Positions 9,244 to 20,882 of a DNA stretch of 64,000 nt are shown here, one piece after another. This stretch comes from Pseudomonadota bacterium (GTDB lineage Bacteria; Pseudomonadota; Alphaproteobacteria; Micropepsales; Micropepsaceae): the NCBI GenBank assembly GCA_041192105.1, contig JBEENS010000003.1:12048-76047 (forward strand), in the 5' to 3' direction. The position numbers and the translations under genes are program-made. Below the pieces are notes generated by a model. That model made no database searches. It saw nothing but the letters and a program-made list of their open reading frames with translations, and was not told the DNA's origin. Position 1 is the stretch's first letter; each line of letters starts with the position of its first letter.

Positions 9244-11892
9244 ATGAGCGATACCGACGAAACCAAACGCCCGGCCAAAACGCTGTCGCTGAAGAAGACG
9301 GAAACTTCCACTGTCAAGCAAAGCTTCAGCCATGGCCGCACCAAGGCCGTGGTGGTGGAAAAGAAGCGTTCCGCCGCGCCGCCCGCAGTCGCCGCCAAGC
9401 CTGCTGCCAAGGCGGCCGCAAAGCCCGTCGAGGAAAAGCCCGCTGCCGCCAAGGCCCCGGTGGCCGAGAAAGCCCCCGCGCCGCCGCGCGGCGTTGTGCT
9501 GCGCCAGCTTTCGGACGAGGAAAAATCCCGCCGCGCCACCGCGCTGGCCGATGCCCGCGTCTCCGACACCGAAGCGCGCCGCATGGCCGACGCTGATGCC
9601 CGCCGCCGCACCCAGGAAGAAGAACAGCTGAAGGCCGAGCGTATCGCGGCCGAAAAGCGCAAGACCGACGAGGACGCGCGCAAGATCGCCGACGACCTGG
9701 CCAAGAAGCGCGCCGAACAGGAAGCGGCTCGCCGCCTGGAAACCCCCAAGCCGGGCGAGGTCGCCGCCGGCGAAGCGCCGCGCCGCCGCCTGGAGAACGA
9801 AGAAGAAGAAGAAAGCGCCAGCAAGAAAATCGGCGGCAAGCTTGTGCCCGTCAAGGCGCCCGCACCCAAGAAAGCCGAAGGCGAACGCCGCCGCGGCAAG
9901 CTGACCGTGACCCGCGCTTTGTCGGACGATGACGAGCGCGTGCGTTCGGTTGCCTCCTACAAGCGCCATCTGCAGCGGGTCAATAAAGGCCACCAGCAGC
10001 AGCCCGCCGGACCCGCCGGTCCGCGCGACATTATCGTTCCGGAGACCATCACGGTTTCCGATCTCGCCAACCGCATGGCGCGCCGCACCGTGGACGTCAT
10101 CAAGGTGCTGATGAAGAACGGCATGATGGCGACGCCCAGCGACGTGATTGATGCCGATACCGCCGAACTTGTGGCCGCCGAATACGGCCATGTCGTGAAG
10201 CGTGTTGCCGAAAGCGACGTGCTGGCAGGCCTGACGGGCGAACAGGATGCGGTTGAGACGCTGGTGTCGCGCCCGCCGGTTGTCACCGTGATGGGCCATG
10301 TCGACCACGGCAAGACCTCGCTGCTGGATGCGCTGCGCAAGACCGACGTGGTCGCGGGCGAAGCCGGCGGCATCACCCAGCATATCGGCGCCTATCAGGT
10401 GCATCTGAAGGGGGGCGCCAAGATCACCTTCCTGGACACGCCGGGCCATGCCGCCTTTACGCAGATGCGCGCGCGCGGCGCCAAGGTCACCGACCTGATC
10501 ATCCTGGTGGTGGCGGCCGATGACGGCGTGATGCCCCAGACGGTCGAAGCCATCGCGCATGCCAAGGCCGCGGGCGTGCCGATGATCGTGGCGGTCAACA
10601 AGATCGACAAGGGCGATGCCAATCCGACCCGGGTGAAGACCGAATTGCTGCAGCATGAAATCCAGGTCGAGGACATGGGCGGCGAAGTCCAGGTGGTGGA
10701 AGTCTCCGCCACCAAGGGCACCAATCTCGACAAGCTGGAAGAAGCCATCTTGCTGCAGGCCGAAATTCTCGACCTCAAGGCCAATCCCGACCGCGCCGCC
10801 GAAGGCGCCGTTGTCGAAGCCAAGCTGGACAAGGGCCGCGGCCCGGTCGCGACCGTTCTGGTTCAGCGCGGCACCCTGAAGGTGGGCGACATCGTTGTCG
10901 CCGGCTCCGAATGGGGCCGCGTGCGCCTTCTGGTCAATGAACGCGGCGAGAGCGTTCCCTCCGCCGGGCCCTCCACGCCCATCGAAGTGCTGGGTCTTTC
11001 GGCGGCGCCGGAAGCCGGCGACGAAATGGTGGTGGTGGAAAACGAAGCCCGCGCCCGCGAAGTGGCCGAGTATCGTGGCCGCAAGCGCCGGGAATCGCGT
11101 CAGGCGTCCAATTCGCGCCAGACCCTGGATCAGCTGCTCAAGACCCGCCAAGCCGGCGAAAAGCGTTTGCTGCCGCTGGTCATGAAGACCGACGTGCAGG
11201 GTTCCAGCGAAGCCATTCAGGGCGCGCTGGCCAAGCTGGGCACCGACGAAGTCGGGGCGCAGATCCTGCAGTCGGGCGTGGGCGGCATCACCGAAAGCGA
11301 TGTGATCCTGGCCCATGCCTCGGGTGCGGCGGTGCTGGGCTTCAATGTCCGCGCCAACAACCAGGCACGCGACCGCGCCAAGCGCGATGGCGTGGAAATC
11401 CGCTACTACAACATCATCTACAATCTGGTGGATGACGTGAAGGCGGCGCTGTCGGGCATGCTGACGCCCGAGACCCGCGAGAAGTTCCTGGGCAATGCCG
11501 AAATCCTGGAAGTGTTCAACATCTCCAAGGTTGGCAAGGTGGCAGGCTGCAAGGTCACCGAAGGCGTCATGCGTCGCGGTTCCAAGGTGCGCCTGATCCG
11601 CGACAATGTCGTGATCCACGAAGGCGAACTCTCCACCCTCAAGCGCTTCAAGGACGAAGTGAAAGAGGTGCAGAATGGCCAGGAATGCGGCATGGCCTTC
11701 ACCAAGGCATGGCCTTCACCAATTACCAGGACATGCAAAAGGGCGACGTCATCGAATGTTTCGATGTCGAAATCATTCAGCGCGCTCTTTAGAACCTGTC
11801 ATCCCGGCCAGCGCGAAGCGCGCGAGCCGGGACCCAAAGAAGCCAGGTTCCAGTCCTGGATTCCCGCTTTTGCGGGAATGACAAGTGAGTAA
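9244..11892 (+). CDS. infB: Translation initiation factor IF-2; the C-terminal frame is disrupted by a 17-bp tandem duplication (native stop would be 11790-11792)
   Basis: GTPase domain ([23 protein letters not shown]). After ...QECGMAFT the ORF as written leaves the IF-2 frame. Removing one repeat copy restores ...[23 protein letters not shown]-stop. Confidence 0.9.
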   Translation: MSDTDETKRPAKTLSLKKTETSTVKQSFSHGRTKAVVVEKKRSAAPPAVAAKPAAKAAAKPVEEKPAAAKAPVAEKAPAPPRGVVLRQLSDEEKSRRATALADARVSDTEARRMADADARRRTQEEEQLKAERIAAEKRKTDEDARKIADDLAKKRAEQEAARRLETPKPGEVAAGEAPRRRLENEEEEESASKKIGGKLVPVKAPAPKKAEGERRRGKLTVTRALSDDDERVRSVASYKRHLQRVNKGHQQQPAGPAGPRDIIVPETITVSDLANRMARRTVDVIKVLMKNGMMATPSDVIDADTAELVAAEYGHVVKRVAESDVLAGLTGEQDAVETLVSRPPVVTVMGHVDHGKTSLLDALRKTDVVAGEAGGITQHIGAYQVHLKGGAKITFLDTPGHAAFTQMRARGAKVTDLIILVVAADDGVMPQTVEAIAHAKAAGVPMIVAVNKIDKGDANPTRVKTELLQHEIQVEDMGGEVQVVEVSATKGTNLDKLEEAILLQAEILDLKANPDRAAEGAVVEAKLDKGRGPVATVLVQRGTLKVGDIVVAGSEWGRVRLLVNERGESVPSAGPSTPIEVLGLSAAPEAGDEMVVVENEARAREVAEYRGRKRRESRQASNSRQTLDQLLKTRQAGEKRLLPLVMKTDVQGSSEAIQGALAKLGTDEVGAQILQSGVGGITESDVILAHASGAAVLGFNVRANNQARDRAKRDGVEIRYYNIIYNLVDDVKAALSGMLTPETREKFLGNAEILEVFNISKVGKVAGCKVTEGVMRRGSKVRLIRDNVVIHEGELSTLKRFKDEVKEVQNGQECGMAFTKAWPSPITRTCKRATSSNVSMSKSFSALFRTCHPGQREAREPGPKEARFQSWIPAFAGMTSE
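11689..11722 (+). repeat. Perfect 17-bp tandem duplication GGCATGGCCTTCACCAA x2 inside infB
   Basis: Direct reading shows copy 1 at 11689-11705 and copy 2 at 11706-11722. Seventeen is not a multiple of 3, so the duplication causes a frameshift. Confidence 0.95.
11794..11887. repeat. MITE/REP-like element, copy A (GGGAATGACAAG family)
   Basis: Imperfect terminal inverted repeats (ACCTGTCATCCCGG ... CGGGAATGACAAGTG) and an internal hairpin ATTCCCGC-TTTT-GCGGGAAT. It shares end blocks with the element at 42322-42470. Confidence 0.75.
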
Positions 11893-11895
11893 ACA

Positions 11896-12357
11896 ATGTC
11901 TCGCCGTACATCGGACCGCTCCGATCGTCCCACTGGCCGCCACACCGGGCGCGCTGACGGCCCCATGGGGCCGTCGCAGCGCCAGTTGCGCGTCGGCGAG
12001 GCGCTGCGTCATGCGCTGGCGGAAGTCCTGAACCGCAACGAAGTCCGTGATCCGGATCTGGACGGGGTCTCGGTGACGGTCACCCAGGTCAAGCCGTCGC
12101 CCGACATGCGCCATGCCACGGTGTTCTGCGAACCCCTGGGCGGGAATAACGCCAAGGAGATCGTGGCGGCGCTGAACCGGCACAAGGGATTCCTGCGCGG
12201 CGAGATGGGCCATCGCATCACCATGAAATTCACCCCCGAGCTGCGCTTTGTCGAAGACGAGAGTTTCGCCGAAGCCCAGAAGATCGAGGACATCCTCCGG
12301 TCCGAACGCGTTGCGCGCGATCTCGCCGCATCTCGCGACGAAGACAAAGAAGACTGA
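11896..12357 (+). CDS. rbfA: Ribosome-binding factor A
   Basis: RVGEALRHALAEVL core and its position between infB and truB. Confidence 0.88.
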   Translation: MSRRTSDRSDRPTGRHTGRADGPMGPSQRQLRVGEALRHALAEVLNRNEVRDPDLDGVSVTVTQVKPSPDMRHATVFCEPLGGNNAKEIVAALNRHKGFLRGEMGHRITMKFTPELRFVEDESFAEAQKIEDILRSERVARDLAASRDEDKED

Positions 12358-13304
12358 TGGGCCGCCGTAAAAAGGGTAACGCCGTCCACGGCTGGGTCGT
12401 TCTCGACAAGCCGCTGGGCATGACCTCCACACAGGCGGTCGGCGTGGTGCGCCGCATCTTCGACGCCCAGAAGGCCGGCCATGCCGGCACCCTCGATCCC
12501 ATGGCGACCGGCATCCTGGCCATCGCGCTGGGGGAGGCGACCAAAACCGTCCCCTACGCCATGGACGCCGAAAAGATCTACCGCTTCACAGCCAGCTGGG
12601 GCGAAAGCCGTGACAGCGACGATGCCGAGGGCAAGGTCACCGGCACCACCGACAAGCGCCCGTCACAAAGCGAGATAGAAGCGATGCTGCCCCGTTTCAC
12701 GGGTGCGCTCAGTCAGGTCCCGCCGGCCTATTCGGCCATCAAGGTGGCCGGCGAACGGGCCTATGACCTGGCCCGGGAGGGGGAAACAGTGGTGCTGGAA
12801 CCGCGCACCGTCCAGGTGTTTGAGGCCCGGCTTCTCAGTGCCGGACCGGGCAGCGCCGAGTTCGAAATTCGTTGTGGTAAAGGCACTTACGTTCGGTCCT
12901 GGGTGCGCGATATGGCCTTGTCCTTGGGGACTTTGGGCCATGTTTGCGCCCTGCGCAGGACCCGGCTGGGGGGGTGGGACGAAAAAGGCGCGGTTGGGCT
13001 GGATACCCTGACCCCTTTTATGCATAGTCCCGCCGCTTTTGGGTATTTGAGACCCCTTTCGACCGCGCTGGACGGCATCCCGGCACTGGCCGTCAGTGGT
13101 CCTGATACGGTTCGCATCCGATCCGGCAACCCCATCCTCATCCGCGCGAATCTCTTCGCCAAGATGAAGGACGGTTTTGGTGACGGCGAACTCTCCGGTC
13201 TCACTGTCTTTCTCAAGGATGAGGAGGGTGCGCCCGTGGCATTGGCCGAAATCGCCGAAGGTGAGCTTCGCCCGTTTCGTGTCTTCAATTTTTCAACGTC
13301 CTGA
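12357..13304 (+). CDS. truB: tRNA pseudouridine(55) synthase
   Basis: [14 protein letters not shown] catalytic Asp motif and PPAYSAIKV. Confidence 0.93.
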   Translation: MGRRKKGNAVHGWVVLDKPLGMTSTQAVGVVRRIFDAQKAGHAGTLDPMATGILAIALGEATKTVPYAMDAEKIYRFTASWGESRDSDDAEGKVTGTTDKRPSQSEIEAMLPRFTGALSQVPPAYSAIKVAGERAYDLAREGETVVLEPRTVQVFEARLLSAGPGSAEFEIRCGKGTYVRSWVRDMALSLGTLGHVCALRRTRLGGWDEKGAVGLDTLTPFMHSPAAFGYLRPLSTALDGIPALAVSGPDTVRIRSGNPILIRANLFAKMKDGFGDGELSGLTVFLKDEEGAPVALAEIAEGELRPFRVFNFSTS

Positions 13305-13320
13305 TGTCCGGAAAGAAGCA

Positions 13321-13587
13321 ATGATTACCCCTGAACGCAAAAAAGAAGTCGTGGCCGAAAACGCCACCGGCAAAAATGATACCGGCTCGCCGGAAGTGCA
13401 GATCGCGATCCTGTCGGAGCGCATCACCAATCTCACCGACCACTTCAAGACCCACGCCAAGGACAATCATTCCCGTCGCGGTATGATCAAGATGGTGTCG
13501 TTGCGCCGCAACCTGCTGGACTATGTGAAGTCCAAGGACGTCAAGCGCTACGAAGGCATCATCGCGAAGCTGGGCCTGCGTCGCTGA
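13321..13587 (+). CDS. rpsO: 30S ribosomal protein S15
   Basis: An 88-aa product with [37 protein letters not shown] at 13321. Confidence 0.95.
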   Translation: MITPERKKEVVAENATGKNDTGSPEVQIAILSERITNLTDHFKTHAKDNHSRRGMIKMVSLRRNLLDYVKSKDVKRYEGIIAKLGLRR

Positions 13588-13607
13588 GTTCGCAGCAAAC
13601 AGATTTG

Positions 13608-13650
13608 GCACGGTCTCGGGCAAAAGCCTGAGGCCGTGCTTTTGCTTTTG
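13608..13650 (+). terminator. Hairpin plus U-rich tract after rpsO (terminator or attenuator ahead of pnp)
   Basis: Stem GCACGGTCTC / GAGGCCGTGC with one G-U pair, followed by TTTTGCTTTTG. Confidence 0.6.
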
Positions 13651-13747
13651 TGGGGGATGAGCCTCTGCAAAAGCGGGTCCCATAGGGGGATCGCTAAGAA
13701 GGCCCGCATGCAATATGGCGGCGGGCGATGACGAAAGACGAAAACCA

Positions 13748-15880
<2,133 letters not shown>

Positions 15881-15905
15881 TCGACCTATCCGCTGAAATG
15901 AATCA

Positions 15906-15932
15906 GCCGCCCGCGCAAGCGGGCGGCTTTTT
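15906..15932 (+). terminator. Intrinsic terminator after pnp
   Basis: 9-bp GC stem GCCGCCCGC / GCGGGCGGC with a GCAA loop, followed by TTTTT. Confidence 0.8.
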
Positions 15933-16570
15933 CATGACATGTTGAGCCGGACATTAAAGGCAATGCAGGTGCGCTCACCTTCGCCTTCGAACGGCGCCAC
16001 CGAATGTTCCAGCCAGCTGGGGAAAATCAGAATATCGCCCGGTGAGGGCGTTTCGGAAACCCGTGTGATCTGGGTGAACAGCTGATTCATGTTGGCGCGG
16101 GGCCTGGGATCGTAGAAGCGGATTTTTCCCGCCGTGCTGGTTTCGCCCAGCGCGCCGGGCGGTGCGGAGACGTAATAAACGCCGCTGATATGGGCGGTGG
16201 GATGCACGTGCAGGTCCTGACTGTGCCCCGCCTTCAGCGAAACTCCCCAGCCCCACAGCATGAAATCCACGTTGGCGGGATTACGCATGCATTCCTGCTC
16301 GAACAACAGCTTGGCATAGTCCTGAATCGCCGCGATGAGCTGATGCTTCAAGGTGACAAGTGCGGGATGCTGGCTGTAGCGATGACCCTCTGAGAGAAAA
16401 TCCTCGCGAGTCTGGAATCCGCCCATGGTCGAGGTGCCAGCGGTCATGTTCGGCCCGGTCGCCGCCAGCTCGGCGATAATGCCGGCCAGCTGGCGGTTTG
16501 TTTCTGCCATGTCAGGCAAGTGCCGCCGCAGCAATGTCGTAGGATAGAGAGAACTCAGTACATCCGGCAT
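15932..16570 (-). CDS. TIGR02466-like putative 2OG-Fe(II) oxygenase family protein
   Basis: HVHPTAHISGVYYV and FPSWLEHSV motifs (an HxH ... H facial-triad-like arrangement). The family assignment is from memory. Confidence 0.6.
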   Translation of the reverse strand: MPDVLSSLYPTTLLRRHLPDMAETNRQLAGIIAELAATGPNMTAGTSTMGGFQTREDFLSEGHRYSQHPALVTLKHQLIAAIQDYAKLLFEQECMRNPANVDFMLWGWGVSLKAGHSQDLHVHPTAHISGVYYVSAPPGALGETSTAGKIRFYDPRPRANMNQLFTQITRVSETPSPGDILIFPSWLEHSVAPFEGEGERTCIAFNVRLNMS

Positions 16571-16802
16571 CGGTGCCCCCCGGCACATTTATGTCCTGCT
16601 ATCCCCGATACGGCTCTTGATCCGGCCAACGGCCAGTTCAGCTCGTCACGCCATGAAAATGGAGCCCCAGCACATCATCGGGAAAACACGCAACAGCTCC
16701 ATGCACATGCACCCCCCGGCGATGTCCGCAAGAATCCTGCACCCGCCTGCGCCGGTCGTCAATGATGCCGGATTTTCGCAATTGCGAAGGCATTTAACCT
16801 AG

Positions 16803-17150
16803 ATGGCCGTATTTCTTGTGCGCTCCGGGCCTGCGCGGTATCTGTGGGCCATGGCCGTTTTCATGCGTCTCATCAGCCTTATCCTGATCGTCACCGCCCT
16901 GATGCTGCTGGGCGCGGATGCGATCACAAGCCTGGAGCGCGGCGGCGAACTGACGGTGCGCAGCCTGGGCACCATATGGAGCCTGTTCGACCAGCCACAC
17001 CTGGATGGCTTCAAGAGCTGGGTCCAGAACACGCTGCCCGCCATGGCGCAGGGGGTCTATTCATTCATGGCTTTGCCGGGTTGGGCCGCCACCGGCGTAC
17101 TCGGCGTTATTCTGGCGTTTATCTTCGGAAAAAAGCTGGGTCCGGACTAA
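16803..17150 (+). CDS. Hypothetical small membrane protein
   Basis: At least two hydrophobic helices with coding-like codon usage. No recognisable family. Confidence 0.4.
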   Translation: MAVFLVRSGPARYLWAMAVFMRLISLILIVTALMLLGADAITSLERGGELTVRSLGTIWSLFDQPHLDGFKSWVQNTLPAMAQGVYSFMALPGWAATGVLGVILAFIFGKKLGPD

Positions 17151-17155
17151 CCGGT

Positions 17156-17719
17156 TCAGCGATTGGCTCCAGGTACCCAGAGCACATCGCCCATGCCGCC
17201 GTCATTGGCGGCGCGCGCCATCACGAACAGGTGATCCGACAGCCGGTTGGCATAAAGCCGCGCCGCATCGTTGATGGTTTCCTGCGCCGCCAGCGCGACG
17301 ATGGCTGCTTCCGCCCGCCGCGCGATGGCGCGCGCCAGGTGCAGATGCGCCGCCAGGGCAGTGCCGCCCGGCAGGACGAAGGATGTCAGGGGCGCCAGTT
17401 TTTCGTTCATTGCGTCGATCTCGCGCTCCAGCCGGTCCACCTGGGGTGGCGCAATGCGCAAGCGGGTTTCGGACTTTCGTCCGTCTTCGGGCGCGGAGAG
17501 ATCGGCGCCCAGGTCGAACAGGTCATTCTGAATGCGCGCGAGCATCGCGTCGAAGTCGCCGTCCGCGTCGAGCCGGGCTATGCCGATAGCGCTGTTGGCC
17601 TCGTCCACCGCGCCGATGGCGGCGATGCGGGGGCAGGCCTTGGAAACACGGCTGCCGTCGCTGAGCCCGGTTTGCCCGGAATCACCGCCTTTGGTGTAGA
17701 TTTTATCTAGCTTGACCAT
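17156..17719 (-). CDS. PduO-type ATP:cob(I)alamin adenosyltransferase
   Basis: MVKLDKIYTKGGDSGQTGL N-terminus and the helical-bundle region DEANSAIG...FVLPGG. Confidence 0.88.
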   Translation of the reverse strand: MVKLDKIYTKGGDSGQTGLSDGSRVSKACPRIAAIGAVDEANSAIGIARLDADGDFDAMLARIQNDLFDLGADLSAPEDGRKSETRLRIAPPQVDRLEREIDAMNEKLAPLTSFVLPGGTALAAHLHLARAIARRAEAAIVALAAQETINDAARLYANRLSDHLFVMARAANDGGMGDVLWVPGANR

Positions 17720-17794
17720 GCGAAAAATCCGCCCTTGCCGCGCAAATTCTAACTTGTATGATGCCCGCCGTCCCGCGCTTTTAGGTCATTTTCC

Positions 17795-17971
17795 ATGCCT
17801 GCCCCGGCCCCCGAAATCGTCGAAACCGACAATAGCCGCGTTGCTTGTGATGGGGGCGGCGGTGCGCTGGGCCATCCCAAGGTGTTCCTGGAAATGGGCG
17901 ACGAAACCCAGGTCGAATGCCCCTATTGCGACAAGCGCTTTGTGCTCAAAGCCGGGGCAAGCCATCATTGA
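17795..17971 (+). CDS. Small zinc-finger domain protein (58 aa; too short for the ORF track)
   Basis: My translation is MPAPAPEIVETDNSRVACDGGGGALGHPKVFLEMGDETQVECPYCDKRFVLKAGASHH. It carries a C..HP...CPYC zinc-knuckle pattern like the NDUFS6-type zinc-finger family, and its stop overlaps the probable polA start. Confidence 0.65.
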   Translation: MPAPAPEIVETDNSRVACDGGGGALGHPKVFLEMGDETQVECPYCDKRFVLKAGASHH

Positions 17972-20835
17972 CCGCTCTTAAAAAGGGCGACCATCTCTAT
18001 CTGGTCGATGGATCGGGCTATCTGTTCCGCGCCTATCACGCGCTTCCGCCGCTGACCCGCAAGTCCGACGGCCTGCCCACCGGTGCGGTGGCGGGCTACT
18101 GCAACATGCTGTGGAAGCTGCTGGAGGACATGAAGGGCCCTGAACAGCCCACCCATCTGGCGGTCATCTTCGACGCCAGCGAGAAGACCTTCCGCAATGC
18201 GATCTACAAGGAATACAAGGCGCATCGCCCGCCGGCGCCCGAAGACCTGATCCCGCAATTTCCGCTGGTGCGCGACGCCACTCGCGCCTTCGGCATCTCC
18301 TGTGTCGAGATGAAAGGGTTCGAGGCCGACGATCTGATCGCCACCTATGCGCGGCTGGCGCGCGAAGCCGGCGCCCGCTGCACCATCATCTCGTCCGACA
18401 AGGACCTGATGCAGCTGGTGGTGGACGGCAAGGTCGAGCTGCTGGACACCATGAAGAACAAGCGTATCGCGAGCGCGGAGGTGCTGGAGAAATTCGGCGT
18501 CACCCCCGACAAGGTGGTGCAGGTACAGGCGCTGGCAGGGGACGCATCCGACAATGTGCCGGGCGTCCGCGGCATCGGCGTCAAGACGGCGGCAGAGCTG
18601 ATCAACACTTACGGCGATATCGAAACCTTGCTGGCCCGGACCGATGAGATCAAGCAGCCCAAGCGCCGCGAAACCCTGATCGAGAATGCGGAAAATGCCC
18701 GCATCTCCCTGCGGCTGGTGACCCTGGACACCAATGTTCCCCTCAAGGAAATGCCGGACGAATTCGCGGTGCATGAGCCTGAGCCCCAGGAATTGATCGC
18801 CTTCCTCAAGGCGATGGAGTTCGGCTCCATCACCAGGCGGGTGGCGGCGCATTTCGGGATGGCGGACCTGGACAGTATCGCCGCCGCGCCGACCGTGGCC
18901 AATGTCATGCCGCAATTGCCGGACATGGCCGGCGAAACGCCGGCGGACACCTCCGCCCTGCGCGCCCCGATTGATCGCGATGCCTATGTCACGGTGACGA
19001 CGGCCAAGGCGCTGGATGCCTGGATCCGGCGCGCCTATCAGGCTGGCACTGTTTGTGTCGACACCGAAACTACCTCGCTGGACGCGATGGTCGCCAATCT
19101 CTGCGGCGTAAGCCTGGCGGTGGCGCCGGGGGAAGCCTGTTACATTCCCTGCGGGCATCGCAAGGGCGACGGCTTGTCGCTGGACCTGTCCCAAGCGCAG
19201 GATGGCGGAGACGCCATCATCCAGATGACCGAGGCCGATGTGCTGGCGCGTCTCAAGCCGCTGCTGGAAGACGACAGCATCCTGAAGGTGGGGCAGAACC
19301 TGAAAGATGACGCGCTGGTTTTTCTTCAGCGCGGCATCCGCATCGATCCCATCGACGACACGATGCTGATGTCCTATGTGCTGGAAGGTGGGCTGCACGG
19401 CCATGGCATGGACGAATTGTCCGCCCTGCATCTGTCCCATACCCCCATTACGTTCAGCGAAGTGACCGGCAAGGGCAAGGACAAGTTTACCTTCGATTGC
19501 GTGCCGGTGGCCGAGGCCACCAGATATTCGGCCGAGGATGCGGATGTGACTTTGCGCCTGCAGATGCTGTTCAAGCCGCAGTTGCGCGAAAAGGCCAAGC
19601 GCACCGTTTATGAAACGCTGGAACGGCCGCTGGTGATGGTGCTAGCCGACATGGAGTGCGCCGGTGTCAGCATCGATCCCGACCTGCTGCGCAAACTTTC
19701 CAACGATTTCGCCAAGCAGCAGGTGATCCTGGAAAGCGAAATCCACAAGCTGGCGGACAGCGATTTCAATATCGGTTCGCCCAAGCAATTGGGCGAAATC
19801 CTGTTCGACAAGATGAAGATCGAATGCGGCCGCAAGACCAAGACCGGCGCCTGGTCCACCGACAGCGATGTGCTGGAAGATGTGGCGGCGCAGGGTCATC
19901 CCATCGCCAAGAAGGTGCTGGAATGGCGGGGTCTGGCCAAGCTGCGCGGCACCTATACCGATGCGCTGCCCACTTACATCAATGCCAAGACGGGGCGGGT
20001 GCATACGTCCTACGCCATGGCGTCGACCACGACCGGGCGACTGGCCTCCACCGATCCCAATTTGCAGAATATTCCAGTGCGCACCGAAGAAGGCCGCCGC
20101 ATCCGCCAGGCCTTTATCGCGGCCAAGGGCAGCAAACTGATCAGCGCCGATTATAGCCAGATCGAGCTGAGGTTATTGGCGCATATCGCCGATATCCCCG
20201 AACTGAAAAAGGCCTTTGCCGACAATCTGGATATTCACGCGATGACGGCGTCGGAAATCTTCGGCGTGCCGGTCAAGGACATGCCCGCCGAAGTGCGCCG
20301 CCGGGCCAAGGCGATCAATTTCGGCATTGTCTACGGTATTTCTGGCTTCGGCCTGGCCAACCAGCTGGGTATCCCGCAAAGCGAAGCCAGCGATTACATC
20401 AAGAAATACTTCACGCGCTTCCCCGGCATCCGCGACTATATGGAAGACACCAAGCAGTTCGCCCGCACCCATGGCTTCGTCGAAACCCTGTTCGGGCGGC
20501 GCATCCATATCCGCGAGATCAATTCCAAGGTCCAGGGTTTCCGCGGCGGTGCCGAGCGCGCCGCCATCAACGCCCCGATCCAGGGCGCCGCTGCCGACAT
20601 TATCCGCCGCGCCATGGTGCGGCTACCGGGGGTGTTGGCCGAGGCAAAGCTCAAAGCCACCATGCTGCTGCAGGTGCATGACGAGTTGATCTTCGAAGCC
20701 CCCGACAAAGATGTCGAAAAGGCGTCGAAACTGATCAAATCGGTGATGGAGAAAGCAGCGCTGCCGGCGGTGGAGATTTCTGTGCCGCTGGTCGTGGAAG
20801 CGCGGGCCGCTGATAACTGGGACGCCGCGCACTGA
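17968..20835 (+). CDS. polA: DNA polymerase I
   Basis: 5'-nuclease (LYLVDGSGYLFRAYHA), 3'-5' exonuclease (VCVDTETTSLD) and polymerase motifs (DYSQIELR, QVHDELIFE). The start is uncertain; I chose the TTG at 17968, and the track ATG is at 17917. Confidence 0.93.
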   Translation: MTALKKGDHLYLVDGSGYLFRAYHALPPLTRKSDGLPTGAVAGYCNMLWKLLEDMKGPEQPTHLAVIFDASEKTFRNAIYKEYKAHRPPAPEDLIPQFPLVRDATRAFGISCVEMKGFEADDLIATYARLAREAGARCTIISSDKDLMQLVVDGKVELLDTMKNKRIASAEVLEKFGVTPDKVVQVQALAGDASDNVPGVRGIGVKTAAELINTYGDIETLLARTDEIKQPKRRETLIENAENARISLRLVTLDTNVPLKEMPDEFAVHEPEPQELIAFLKAMEFGSITRRVAAHFGMADLDSIAAAPTVANVMPQLPDMAGETPADTSALRAPIDRDAYVTVTTAKALDAWIRRAYQAGTVCVDTETTSLDAMVANLCGVSLAVAPGEACYIPCGHRKGDGLSLDLSQAQDGGDAIIQMTEADVLARLKPLLEDDSILKVGQNLKDDALVFLQRGIRIDPIDDTMLMSYVLEGGLHGHGMDELSALHLSHTPITFSEVTGKGKDKFTFDCVPVAEATRYSAEDADVTLRLQMLFKPQLREKAKRTVYETLERPLVMVLADMECAGVSIDPDLLRKLSNDFAKQQVILESEIHKLADSDFNIGSPKQLGEILFDKMKIECGRKTKTGAWSTDSDVLEDVAAQGHPIAKKVLEWRGLAKLRGTYTDALPTYINAKTGRVHTSYAMASTTTGRLASTDPNLQNIPVRTEEGRRIRQAFIAAKGSKLISADYSQIELRLLAHIADIPELKKAFADNLDIHAMTASEIFGVPVKDMPAEVRRRAKAINFGIVYGISGFGLANQLGIPQSEASDYIKKYFTRFPGIRDYMEDTKQFARTHGFVETLFGRRIHIREINSKVQGFRGGAERAAINAPIQGAAADIIRRAMVRLPGVLAEAKLKATMLLQVHDELIFEAPDKDVEKASKLIKSVMEKAALPAVEISVPLVVEARAADNWDAAH

Positions 20836-20882
20836 ACCTATAACTTTTTATGGCCCGCATGCACGGGCCATGACATCAGGGG

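Noticed and set aside
8818-11619. A 933-aa ORF on the minus strand opposite infB. Similar long ORFs lie opposite nusA (6916-8304), pnp (13694-14956), polA (17965-19440), dnaK (28518-30557), maeB (34760-36325), mutS (37322-38773), leuC (40883-42331), the sugar dehydrogenase (47566-48714) and the MORN gene (61024-62712).
   Set aside because: All lie antisense to genes with unmistakable conserved motifs. Their translations are Arg/Ala/Gly/His/Asp-rich and motif-free, as expected for stop-poor shadow frames in high-GC DNA.
16617-16802. A 61-aa plus-strand ORF in the spacer upstream of the small membrane-protein gene.
   Set aside because: It has no ribosome-binding site, its composition is His/Pro/Met-rich and atypical, and I recognise no homology. 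It is more likely non-coding promoter DNA.
20850-20871. An 8-bp stem hairpin ATGGCCCG-CATGCA-CGGGCCAT between convergent polA and the 573-aa gene, considered as a bidirectional terminator.
   Set aside because: No U tract follows the hairpin on either strand; the T run precedes it on the plus strand. I did not call it a terminator.
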